Notes under the pieces: model-generated | Told to the model about the DNA's origin: nothing | The model's input: only the letters and a program-made list of their open reading frames with translations | Database searches by the model: none | Shown: one piece after another, positions 47,583 to 56,563 of the stretch | How the letters are laid out: every line of letters starts with the position of its first letter | Numbering within the stretch: position 1 is the first letter of the stretch | Assembly: GCA_963704655.1 (NCBI GenBank) | Contig: OY969927.1 | Coordinates: 480,001-544,000, forward strand | Origin: an uncultured Candidatus Babeliaceae bacterium | GTDB taxonomy: Bacteria > Babelota > Babeliae > Babelales > Babelaceae | Reading direction: 5' to 3' | DNA: 64,000 bases | Translations under genes and position numbers: made by a program

Positions 47583-49973
47583 ATGTATAATTTCACACCA
47601 GTCCTAGAAACTTATCTTCTATTAGCATTACACTTGGTATGCTTGGCCGTTAAATCGTTTATATTTTTTAAGCTTTTTACTCTTGCTAAAAACTCCAAAA
47701 ATAAACTCCTATGGTCTCTGGTATCAGTAGTGCTCTTTGGTAGTATGTTTGGTGATATCGCTTGGATAATAGTATATCTTCAGCCAATATTTTCGAATTT
47801 AATAAAATCTTCAACCATCACGCTCTTTTCTCGTCTTGCTTGGGCAATGTACGTAATACAGTATCAAGCACTAACTATGTTTATAGAATCGCTTGAAAAT
47901 AAAGAAACCAAATTCAAAACTCATAACAAAATATTTGGTTTTTTTGGATTACTTATTATTTCATACTTTCTTTACCATTCAATAATGGATTATGGCCCAA
48001 TAGCACCATATGAAAAGTTAATAATAACGATAACGAATTTTCACATATTTATCATTTTTATTCCGACTATAATCGCATTCATTCAGATGCTTAAAGCAAA
48101 TAACGCGCCTCGTATTTTAACTGAGCAGATGCGCACTTTTATGTTATTTATCGTAATTCCACACATATTTGTAGAACTTATATTCCGAGACTCATTTAAT
48201 ATATTCCAAAATAGTTTTCCGCATGCTGGCAACTTCCTTGCAGCTACATCATCGATCTTATTAACCTATGCGGTATATTTCTGTTCGAGAAAAATTATTG
48301 GTATGCGTTTTTTAAATATCACAGAACACGTTGAAGGCGAAATACACTTTAACTTTGTTAATGATATAAAAGAAGTCCTGAAAGCGCTTGGCCACGTAAC
48401 CTCGTTAAATGAACTTAAAGGTATTATAAGTAACTTTTATAAAATAGCTTTCAACATACCGGCAGAACGTACGAAACTTTATATTAAATCGCTAGATACA
48501 CTAGAAGATAATAAGTTTAGCAATCTAGTAGAGCCCTATTTGAATGAAGAGTTTATGATCAATAACCAGCTTCTGGTAAAAGATGAGCTAGAATTTTCTT
48601 ATTTTTATGATGAAAAGCAGGAACAAAAAGAGGCATTGAAATTTTTAAATCTCATAAATGCAGATATTTTTATTCCCATTTATGAAAAAAAGACCATAAC
48701 AGCGTTTATAATCGTAGAAAAAAATGCACGGCCACAGACGCTTTTCAGTAAAGTAGAATATGACGAAATGCTTGTATTCAGTAGTTATTTAGGTGCGCTT
48801 ATCCACTTGCTCAGAAATCGCAATTTAGAGGCGTTAATCCAGCAAGAAAAAGAGCTAAAAGAAGAGCTGTATTATAAGCACCAGGAGCTCGGCCACTGCA
48901 AAGAGACCATCAGAGAGTTTTTACAAAAAAACCAGCTTGCCCCAGAATCAAAACAGCTCAATGCCCATATGCTCAAGGACCCATCAAACTGGGATTATAT
49001 GCTCTTTTTAGAAACAACCCATTCAGGGAGGTTAATTAACAAATTGATCCCAGGAACCGGTACACAGATTTTAGATTTTAAGATTAATTTGCTCAAGGCA
49101 GCACTCAGCAAAAAAGCGGTGCTTTTAAATTTACCCGAAGAGGACATTCTTCCAACAGTTGAACTATTACATCATATTAGTTTGCGTGACCATCTAGAGA
49201 CGATAGATATCGGATCAAGTGAGAAGAACCTTGAAGTGGCAATACGCCTTTTTGGTATTAGCCCACTGTTTAGTGCGCGTGAAGCAAACGGGCTCATAGA
49301 GAAAAATGATTTAAATGGCACCATTTTTATCAAGAATATTCATCTTTTAAGCATTCAAACACAAGAATTACTTGCGCACTTTTTAAATACTGGGATATTT
49401 ACGCAACTTAAAAGCGACCGAAAAAAATCAAGCTCTGTCCGTATTATATGTTCATCAAATCAAAATTTAAGCCATCTGTGCCAAACAGGTGTATTTTCAC
49501 AAAAACTGTACCATGAACTCATAAAAACTTCTGCAACACTGCCGTCACTTTTGACCCTAGCGCCAGATGAATTAAGTGACCTGACAGCAGGCTTTATTCA
49601 ACATATTATCTCAGAAAAAAATCCCGCTCATGGCGTTGATTTATCACAAAAAGAACGCGAAAAACTCTTAAGTGATCGCCCGATAAGTCTTCAAGAATAT
49701 AAGGACCGGGTGTACCACATGCTGATTAATAAAGCTAAAAAGAAACAGGTCAAGCAAGAAGATGTCATTGACGCTGCATATTCAATAAGCACCCCAGACA
49801 TGTACAATGTTGCCAAATTGGGCAAAAATGCACTCAAAGACAAACAAATCATGACATATTTGTGGAATAAATTTAAAAATCAAACAAAAATTGCTAAGCT
49901 TCTCAATGTGAATAGATCATCGGTTAATCGCCGGTGTAAAGAATTTAGTCTCATTGAAGAGCAGGCTCAATGA
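47583..49973 (+). CDS. Membrane-anchored (about 7 TM) regulator with a GAF-like region, degenerate sigma54-activator AAA+ domain and Fis-type HTH
   Basis: GTIFIKNIHLLS..TQ..L, VRIICSSNQNL, G.FS.KLY..L; NQTKIAKLLNVNRSSVNRR. Confidence 0.8.
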   Translation: MYNFTPVLETYLLLALHLVCLAVKSFIFFKLFTLAKNSKNKLLWSLVSVVLFGSMFGDIAWIIVYLQPIFSNLIKSSTITLFSRLAWAMYVIQYQALTMFIESLENKETKFKTHNKIFGFFGLLIISYFLYHSIMDYGPIAPYEKLIITITNFHIFIIFIPTIIAFIQMLKANNAPRILTEQMRTFMLFIVIPHIFVELIFRDSFNIFQNSFPHAGNFLAATSSILLTYAVYFCSRKIIGMRFLNITEHVEGEIHFNFVNDIKEVLKALGHVTSLNELKGIISNFYKIAFNIPAERTKLYIKSLDTLEDNKFSNLVEPYLNEEFMINNQLLVKDELEFSYFYDEKQEQKEALKFLNLINADIFIPIYEKKTITAFIIVEKNARPQTLFSKVEYDEMLVFSSYLGALIHLLRNRNLEALIQQEKELKEELYYKHQELGHCKETIREFLQKNQLAPESKQLNAHMLKDPSNWDYMLFLETTHSGRLINKLIPGTGTQILDFKINLLKAALSKKAVLLNLPEEDILPTVELLHHISLRDHLETIDIGSSEKNLEVAIRLFGISPLFSAREANGLIEKNDLNGTIFIKNIHLLSIQTQELLAHFLNTGIFTQLKSDRKKSSSVRIICSSNQNLSHLCQTGVFSQKLYHELIKTSATLPSLLTLAPDELSDLTAGFIQHIISEKNPAHGVDLSQKEREKLLSDRPISLQEYKDRVYHMLINKAKKKQVKQEDVIDAAYSISTPDMYNVAKLGKNALKDKQIMTYLWNKFKNQTKIAKLLNVNRSSVNRRCKEFSLIEEQAQ

Positions 49974-50902
49974 CCCATACAGAATTTATACAAGAAATTA
50001 ATCATTTTTTACAAACAATTAATGTTGAACGAAATATTTCAACACATACTTCGCGTGCTTACGAAAGCGACCTTGAACATTTTGCCACTTTTTGGCATGA
50101 ACTTCTGTCACGTGAGCCGATACAGCCATCATGCAAGACGGCTATTGAACGGTATTTTATCTTTTTGTACCACAAAAAAATATCTAAGACGTCAATTGCT
50201 CGCAAGGTATCTTGTTTCAAATCATTTGAACGGTATTTAAAACGGGCACGGCAGATTGAATTAGAACTTACCTTACATAGACCGCGCATCGACAAAAAAG
50301 CTCCTACTGTATTAAGCCTTGATGAAGTTTTCTTTCTTCTTGATAAGGTTAACCTTACGCATCAAGATACGCAGTTCCCACACCGCGATAAGGCGATACT
50401 AGAAATGCTCTATGCAACCGGTATTTGCTGCTCAGAATTGGTAAATATTCAGCTTAAAGATATCGATCCGCTTGGTCAGACCATTAAAATTACTGGCAAA
50501 CGAAAAAAGGAGCGTCTGGTTCATTTCGGGTCAGAATGTAAAAGAAAGCTTGATCTGTATATTACTCATGAGCGGATTAAACCAACATCGGAGAATGAAT
50601 TTCTTTTTTTAAATTACAAGAACGAACCGCTTACTACGCGCTCAATTCAACGCATTTGTGCCCTTTTTAGTACCTTTTTAGATACAAAAAAAGAGATTAC
50701 TCCCCATGTGTTACGCAATTCATGTGCTACGCACTTATTACAACAAGGCGTTGATGTGAAAACGGTTCAAGAATTATTGGGGCATGCTACTCTTGCAAGC
50801 ACTGAAAAGTATACTCATCTTTTCTTAGAAGATTTGAGTAAAATCGGTCGCCTGCGCCACCCATTGGTCATGAAAAAAAATAACGTTAATCAACGAGCGT
50901 AG
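49970..50902 (+). CDS. XerC/XerD-family tyrosine recombinase
   Basis: SAM-like N-domain, LYATG, ITGKRKKER, TPHVLR, VQELLGHA...TEKYTH. Confidence 0.9.
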   Translation: MTHTEFIQEINHFLQTINVERNISTHTSRAYESDLEHFATFWHELLSREPIQPSCKTAIERYFIFLYHKKISKTSIARKVSCFKSFERYLKRARQIELELTLHRPRIDKKAPTVLSLDEVFFLLDKVNLTHQDTQFPHRDKAILEMLYATGICCSELVNIQLKDIDPLGQTIKITGKRKKERLVHFGSECKRKLDLYITHERIKPTSENEFLFLNYKNEPLTTRSIQRICALFSTFLDTKKEITPHVLRNSCATHLLQQGVDVKTVQELLGHATLASTEKYTHLFLEDLSKIGRLRHPLVMKKNNVNQRA

Positions 50903-50930
50903 CTTTGAAAGATTGCACCAGGAGTAGTAA

Positions 50931-52649
50931 ATGCAACAGCGGATTCCCCTTAAAAAAATTGTGCTATTTTTTGTGACTTTAAGCATATGTCTTGCAGGTA
51001 TTGCCGCGCGGCTTGCCTATTTACAAGTGTTTCAGACACTCACGTTATTTAAGCTGAGTCAAAAAAACTTTTTACGCTTCGAAAAAATAATCTCTCCTCG
51101 GGGAAATATCGTTGACCGGAACAACCAGCTTCTTGCCACCAACCGCCCTGTGATTTCGCTCTATTGGCAAGGAACAGGCAATAAGCAGCTTACCCAAGAA
51201 CAGCTCTTGTTGCTTGCTACGATAGTGCAACATTTACCAGAAATTACCATTAATGAAACCGCGTTATTAGAAGCAGAAAAGCTTAATAAACAACACCTGC
51301 TTTTTGCCGATGTCCCTTTTGAAAATCTCAGCATTCTTATTGAGCAGTTTGCCCAACATCCAAACCTTGTTTACCAAACTGATTTTAAACGCTTTTATCC
51401 GCACAAAAATGTTGCGAGCCATGTTATTGGATATCTTGGTGGGTTACATTATGAAAATTCAGGAAAAATGGGTTTAGAGCGTTTTTGTGAAGAAGTCTTA
51501 AAGGGCCAACCGGGCCAGCTCGCAAAAACGGTTAATTCTCGCGGCAAACATTTAAGCAGTGAAAAGCAGAAAGATTCGTTAATAGGTGGCACCATTAATA
51601 CCACCCTTGATCTTGAATTGAGCTTAATCGCAGATACCGTATTTCCTGAAGATGTTCATGGTTCAATGATTATTATGGATTCACAAACGGGCGATTTACT
51701 GGTGGTTCTTTCACGACCATCATTTGATCCAAATATATTTTTGGATCCGCTGTCGATGGAAACATGGAACGATATTCAATCGGACCAACCCTTTTTAAAT
51801 CGCGCATCAAATGCCTGTTACCCGCCTGCATCGATATTCAAACTCGTTTCGATGGCAGCCGGCCTTGAAACAGGAATTCTTAACCAATCAGACATTTGGG
51901 TATGCCATGGCCATACAACGTTTGTCGGTCGCGATTATCACTGCTGGCAACGTAAGGGACATGGCATTATGACAATGCTTTCGGCAATTGCGCAGTCCTG
52001 CAATATTCCCTTTTATGAAGTAGGCAGAAAGATTAAAATCGACACGCTTGCTGAATATGCGACAAAACTCGGCTTAGGCCAATTAACTAATAGCATATTA
52101 CCAGAAAAGCCGGGCTTGATCCCCACACGCAAATGGAAACGTGAAACAAAGGGCGAATCGTGGTGGCCAGGCGAAACGCTTTCTGCCGCTATTGGACAAT
52201 CATTTATGCTGGTAACGCCTTTACAGATTACTCGCATGATCAATGCCATTTGCAGCGGCTACTTAGTTAAACCACGCATTTTAGTTGATGAACCGATAAT
52301 TAAAACTGAAGTTGAGCTTTTACCTGAAACACGCGATTTTCTTAAACGTTCTATGAAACAAAGTATTCAAGCTCATGGAACCAGTTCACGTTTAAAACAG
52401 TTAAAGAATTTTGAGATTTATGCAAAAACTGGTACCGGGCAAGTCAGCGCATTTGAAAAGCGTGAACAGGGGAAAGAGTTTCTTGAACAGGGATGGTTTG
52501 TTGGACATATTACTTACAAAGACAACCCATCATTTGTCATGGTTATTTTAATGGAACACGTTGGTTCTTCAAGCGTTGTTACAGCAGTCGCCCTTGATTA
52601 TCTTAAGCGCTATTTCAAACTTGTAGATGCACAAGAGCTTAAGGAATAG
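50931..52649 (+). CDS. mrdA: Penicillin-binding protein 2 (class B)
   Basis: PRGNIVDRN, RFYP, GKMGLE, ASIFK, SCN, KTGT. Confidence 0.9.
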   Translation: MQQRIPLKKIVLFFVTLSICLAGIAARLAYLQVFQTLTLFKLSQKNFLRFEKIISPRGNIVDRNNQLLATNRPVISLYWQGTGNKQLTQEQLLLLATIVQHLPEITINETALLEAEKLNKQHLLFADVPFENLSILIEQFAQHPNLVYQTDFKRFYPHKNVASHVIGYLGGLHYENSGKMGLERFCEEVLKGQPGQLAKTVNSRGKHLSSEKQKDSLIGGTINTTLDLELSLIADTVFPEDVHGSMIIMDSQTGDLLVVLSRPSFDPNIFLDPLSMETWNDIQSDQPFLNRASNACYPPASIFKLVSMAAGLETGILNQSDIWVCHGHTTFVGRDYHCWQRKGHGIMTMLSAIAQSCNIPFYEVGRKIKIDTLAEYATKLGLGQLTNSILPEKPGLIPTRKWKRETKGESWWPGETLSAAIGQSFMLVTPLQITRMINAICSGYLVKPRILVDEPIIKTEVELLPETRDFLKRSMKQSIQAHGTSSRLKQLKNFEIYAKTGTGQVSAFEKREQGKEFLEQGWFVGHITYKDNPSFVMVILMEHVGSSSVVTAVALDYLKRYFKLVDAQELKE

Positions 52650-53385
52650 TATGTTTATAATTTTTATTAGTATCATGTTCCAATGTTCATCCATTCTAGC
52701 ATCAGAACAAACTAAACTTTCAAGGGCGCATCTTCTTGCATTTTATCAAGATTACGGTCTGAAAACTGAGCATCTTACTTTCGAAGGTTCTTCAAAGCTA
52801 TGGACAATAATTTATTTCAAACTTTACCCAAAAACTCATGCATATGCCGTTAAAAATGGCACCCGTATTGTACTTTCCCCTAAATTTAAAACATCACTCA
52901 GAGCAGCCATCACGGCTCATAGACCATTTGGTATCTTTGATCAACTTGCCTTACTTCACGAATATGCACACACCAGGCAAACAATCGTGAATACAATGTT
53001 GGAAAATGACTTAATACGCCAAATGGTTCTTAGCAAACTTGATTTCGAAATATTACCACGCTACAAAGATGAATTCTGTCCAGACCTTTTTGCATTAGGA
53101 AAAATGGCAGCATACGCGCCCTCTGATATCATCACTTTTTATGAGGAAAGACGCAGCATGTTTGATGATCTGAATAAACTTCTAGAAAATTCAAATAACC
53201 ATTCACTCAAATCACGCGTATTTAAGGTGCTATATACTGGAGATGGGGAGCACTTAAGCGAGGCAAACAAGTTACAACTTTTAAAAGTCATGAGTGACAT
53301 AACACAAAAAGCATCTCAAGCCGAACCAGATCAGATTTTGCCTGTTTCCCTGCTTCAATTTTTTAAGCAATTTCTACAGGGATGA
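52627..53385 (+). CDS. Secreted zincin-like protein
   Basis: LHEYAH HExxH motif; DEFCPDLFA. Confidence 0.65.
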   Translation: MHKSLRNSMFIIFISIMFQCSSILASEQTKLSRAHLLAFYQDYGLKTEHLTFEGSSKLWTIIYFKLYPKTHAYAVKNGTRIVLSPKFKTSLRAAITAHRPFGIFDQLALLHEYAHTRQTIVNTMLENDLIRQMVLSKLDFEILPRYKDEFCPDLFALGKMAAYAPSDIITFYEERRSMFDDLNKLLENSNNHSLKSRVFKVLYTGDGEHLSEANKLQLLKVMSDITQKASQAEPDQILPVSLLQFFKQFLQG

Positions 53386-53439
53386 TCCAGCAATATTCAC
53401 ATAAATCATCGGCAAGATATCTTTAAATTCTTAATTGTC

Positions 53440-53949
53440 TTAAGCGTAAAGAATCTTAATTAATTTTATAAGATCAGACTTTGCAGGTTCGCCAGCTTCG
53501 ATTTTTTGAATAAGTTCAGCCGGAGTGAGCCAATAATATTCACAGAAATCTTCTGGATTATAGACAGGCGCTTGATTGCTTTTAATTTCATAGACTGTCA
53601 TAAATGCCGAAACATTATGTTCAATGGGACTCAGGTAAGCCTTAACCTGGCAATTGCTCTCTTTAAGAATAAGCCCTGTCTCTTCCTGAAGTTCACGCTC
53701 AAACGCCTGATCATAGGTCTCACTACTTTGAACATGTCCCCCAACGCTTGTATCCAAGCCTAACGGGAAAAGTTCCTTAGTCGCAGTACGCCGAGGAATC
53801 CATAGTTGCCCCTTATCATTTACAATAAAAGCATTAACAACGCGAATATGGCGCATTTTTTGTTGATAAACAACAGAACGGAGTTCTGTTGCAATAACGA
53901 TATCATGATTATTCACTATATCGAGTAATTCGTCTTGTATCTGTATCAT
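53440..53949 (-). CDS. Nudix hydrolase (YfcD/IDI-like)
   Basis: GGHVQSSETYDQAFERELQEETG Nudix box. Confidence 0.9.
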   Translation of the reverse strand: MIQIQDELLDIVNNHDIVIATELRSVVYQQKMRHIRVVNAFIVNDKGQLWIPRRTATKELFPLGLDTSVGGHVQSSETYDQAFERELQEETGLILKESNCQVKAYLSPIEHNVSAFMTVYEIKSNQAPVYNPEDFCEYYWLTPAELIQKIEAGEPAKSDLIKLIKILYA

Positions 53950-54644
53950 ATTTTCTTATTATTATCGGCTAAAGTTTTTTGCACAAACAGTTCTGCTCGC
54001 TGTTCTAGGTCTGAATATTCTAGAGATTGATCGATTAAAAAAAGGATAAGTACCATTAATGCTGCACCAGCAAGTAAGCCGCCACCTATTTTTGCAAAAA
54101 ATTTTGAATTCTCAAGATTTCTCAACGATTGAGCTGCACGTTCCCGCAAGGTTTCGTAATGATTATATAATTTTAGAACAACTTTTCCATGGCTATTTTG
54201 ATATACATCATACATGTTTATCGTATAAGAGGGGTTTGTATATTCACCTATTTCTCTACCTGCAAGTGCAAAACTTACAAGAGAACCCAGGCCTAAGCCT
54301 GCACATATAACTGAAGTTGCCCCTACTACAGGCCCGAATCTTTTCTTGCTGCAATAGTCAATCATTCCGAATTGGTATAAAAGATGGTAAGTATATACCT
54401 CTTGAACCCTTCCGGTAGATTTAATACTCTCAATGAGATCATGTGCAAGTACTATCTTTGACTGAAATATTAAATTTTTTGATTCAGTATCAGCAGTTTG
54501 GTCTGTTACGAAAATTATCCCTGATGAGTCAATGCCATAACTTCTATAGAAATCGTGCATCACCCGCTCAACACCAACGGTAATGGTCGCAGACAGTTCT
54601 ATGGTGAAGCATACTAAAAAATAGATGTTTTTTGGTAATCTCAT
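53946..54644 (-). CDS. Secreted/membrane protein, degenerate M48-like
   Basis: YHLLYQFG in place of HExxH; LEQRAELF; two TM helices. Confidence 0.6.
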   Translation of the reverse strand: MRLPKNIYFLVCFTIELSATITVGVERVMHDFYRSYGIDSSGIIFVTDQTADTESKNLIFQSKIVLAHDLIESIKSTGRVQEVYTYHLLYQFGMIDYCSKKRFGPVVGATSVICAGLGLGSLVSFALAGREIGEYTNPSYTINMYDVYQNSHGKVVLKLYNHYETLRERAAQSLRNLENSKFFAKIGGGLLAGAALMVLILFLIDQSLEYSDLEQRAELFVQKTLADNNKKI

Positions 54645-54655
54645 ACTAAATTCTC

Positions 54656-55618
54656 TTATGATGCTATAGTTTTATTGTTTAAAAGTGATTTTACAAGCGC
54701 ATATCGTTCAAATTCTGTTAAATATTCACGCTCAATGAATACCTCAGGCACAACGGTTTCTTGCTCCTGGAAATAAACTAGGGCGTATTCTTCAAGCTCG
54801 CTTTGTGAAAAATGATTGAATGCAAAAACATCAGCATCCCGTTCCTCAAGTACCGTAGCCATATGCCCTTTAAATTGAGGATTCAGGTAATTCAACTTTG
54901 TTTTTTCAAAAGTATCAGTAACTTTTTGTGATTCTGAAACATTATATAAAAATGGAATTAATGACACTACAGCAGCAACAGAAGTTGCTCCAAGCATCAC
55001 TAACCAACCATTCTCAACAAATGATACCGTTGATGGTGATGCCTTGAAGTGGTTCACCATATCCAATGCAATTGCGCCAATAATAACTTCGAATACCAAT
55101 GAACCTGCAACCACAAAAAATGGAAATAAACGATCTGCACCTTTCTCACACGCTTTTTCATAGTCAACGCCATAGGGAAAAAGGTGACCAACTTCATGCA
55201 GAAGAACATACTTATCATAAATAGTTAATTGACCAGTCTGCTGTAGTGAATATTTGATCGATGCAATCATTTGGGGGGAAAGAACAATAGCGTTCTTTTC
55301 AAGGATAGCAAATGCATATGCATCTAAGTTCTTCCAAAATCCATCAGCGCCATCATCAAATTCAAATGTACCACTATTCAGATCAAATCGTGGTGCCGGC
55401 AAAGGACCCGACAGTGAAAAGCTTTTTTTTAATTTACTTAAACCTATTTTTTTAAATTCAAAGCCTTTTGATGCCAAATAATCTCTGCAAACCTTTTCTA
55501 CTTCTTTATCTAGCCAACCAAGCTCATATTCGGGAAATATCTGCATCATTTTTGTAAGCACCGGAGAGACACTCAGCACTGACAAAATGAGTAAGATAAA
55601 GTATTTTTTAAAATTCAT
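54656..55618 (-). CDS. M48-like membrane zinc metallopeptidase
   Basis: LLHEVGH, two TM helices, EERDADVFA. Confidence 0.7.
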   Translation of the reverse strand: MNFKKYFILLILSVLSVSPVLTKMMQIFPEYELGWLDKEVEKVCRDYLASKGFEFKKIGLSKLKKSFSLSGPLPAPRFDLNSGTFEFDDGADGFWKNLDAYAFAILEKNAIVLSPQMIASIKYSLQQTGQLTIYDKYVLLHEVGHLFPYGVDYEKACEKGADRLFPFFVVAGSLVFEVIIGAIALDMVNHFKASPSTVSFVENGWLVMLGATSVAAVVSLIPFLYNVSESQKVTDTFEKTKLNYLNPQFKGHMATVLEERDADVFAFNHFSQSELEEYALVYFQEQETVVPEVFIEREYLTEFERYALVKSLLNNKTIAS

Positions 55619-55632
55619 AGCTATTTTCTTTC

Positions 55633-55681
55633 AAAAAAAAGGGAAAAGGGTGATTCTACAATCACCCTTTTCCCTTTTTTT
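55633..55681 (-). terminator. Terminator of rpmB-rpsT
   Basis: Perfect stem aaagggaaaagggtgatt/aatcacccttttcccttt. Confidence 0.85.
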
Positions 55682-55700
55682 ATTCTTTAATGTGCTGCGC

Positions 55701-56090
55701 TTACTTAGCTTTTGACTTAACAGCCGCAGACTTAACAGTCGCTGACTTAGTAGCCTTAGCCTTAACAGCCACTGACTTTGCAGCAGCAGACTTGCTCACC
55801 ACAGTTTTTTTAACCGTAGCAGGATTAGCAGCTTTAGCAACACGTAGTGATAATCTGCTCAATTTACGAGCAGCGGTATTTCTGTGGATAATGTTTTTTC
55901 CACGAGCACGGTACAGTTTTGCTGCAACGTCTTTTAAAAGCACTTGAATATCTTGTTCGCTTGAACCAGCTTCAACAGCTAAAATAACTTTTTTAGTTGC
56001 TGTTTTAATAGCAGTTCTACGTGCAAGGTTTCTTTGTGCGCGCGCAATATTTTGTAATGCGTTTTTCTTAGCTGACTTAGTATTAGCCAT
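55701..56090 (-). CDS. rpsT: 30S ribosomal protein S20 with a Lys/Ala-rich C-terminal tail
   Basis: MANTKSAKK, IIHRNTAARKLSRL. Confidence 0.95.
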   Translation of the reverse strand: MANTKSAKKNALQNIARAQRNLARRTAIKTATKKVILAVEAGSSEQDIQVLLKDVAAKLYRARGKNIIHRNTAARKLSRLSLRVAKAANPATVKKTVVSKSAAAKSVAVKAKATKSATVKSAAVKSKAK

Positions 56091-56115
56091 GCGTTTCTAT
56101 CTTTCTTCTATAAAA

Positions 56116-56316
56116 TTAAATTACTTTTTGTACTTTTCTTGCTTTAACACATTTAGTGCAAACACTACCACGGTGTACAGTTGTTCCTGAAGAAGGAGTT
56201 GTGTAACGCATTGGATGAACGTTTGGGTATACCCATTTTTTAGTCTTATTGTTTGCGTGGCTCACGATATTCGCAACATGAGGACGTTTATCGCATACAG
56301 AACATATACGTGACAT
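56116..56316 (-). CDS. rpmB: 50S ribosomal protein L28 (zinc-ligand form; start re-called)
   Basis: MSRICSVC, VSHANNKTK, PNV, VCTKC. Confidence 0.93.
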   Translation of the reverse strand: MSRICSVCDKRPHVANIVSHANNKTKKWVYPNVHPMRYTTPSSGTTVHRGSVCTKCVKARKVQKVI

Positions 56317-56453
56317 TTTTAAGGTTCCTTTCACCAGGAGTATATAACACGAGGTTATTGGTTATTTTTTTGTTTACTTTTTTATCAAATTTTAGACACA
56401 TTAACCAGTTTAACAAACTTCTCAGTTTATTCAACCCTCCGTTTCTTATCCAT

Positions 56454-56555
56454 GCCTTCCTATTACGCTAAAGCTTCGTAGGACGCGACCGGCCCTGTAC
56501 TTCGTAGCTACACTAAGTAGCGAAGTAGTATTGGCAAGCTTTGGGCGGGCAGGGC
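56454..56555. repeat. Cluster of nested REP-like palindromes
   Basis: acgctaaagcttcg hairpin; gccctg..cagggc enclosing tacttcg..cgaagta enclosing gctac..gtagc. Confidence 0.65.
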
Positions 56556-56563
56556 TCTAACTT

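Noticed and set aside
49970-50902. Tyrosine recombinase as a prophage or integron integrase
   Set aside because: It has Xer-like size and motifs, sits in an operon with mrdA, and no phage genes or attC sites were recognised.
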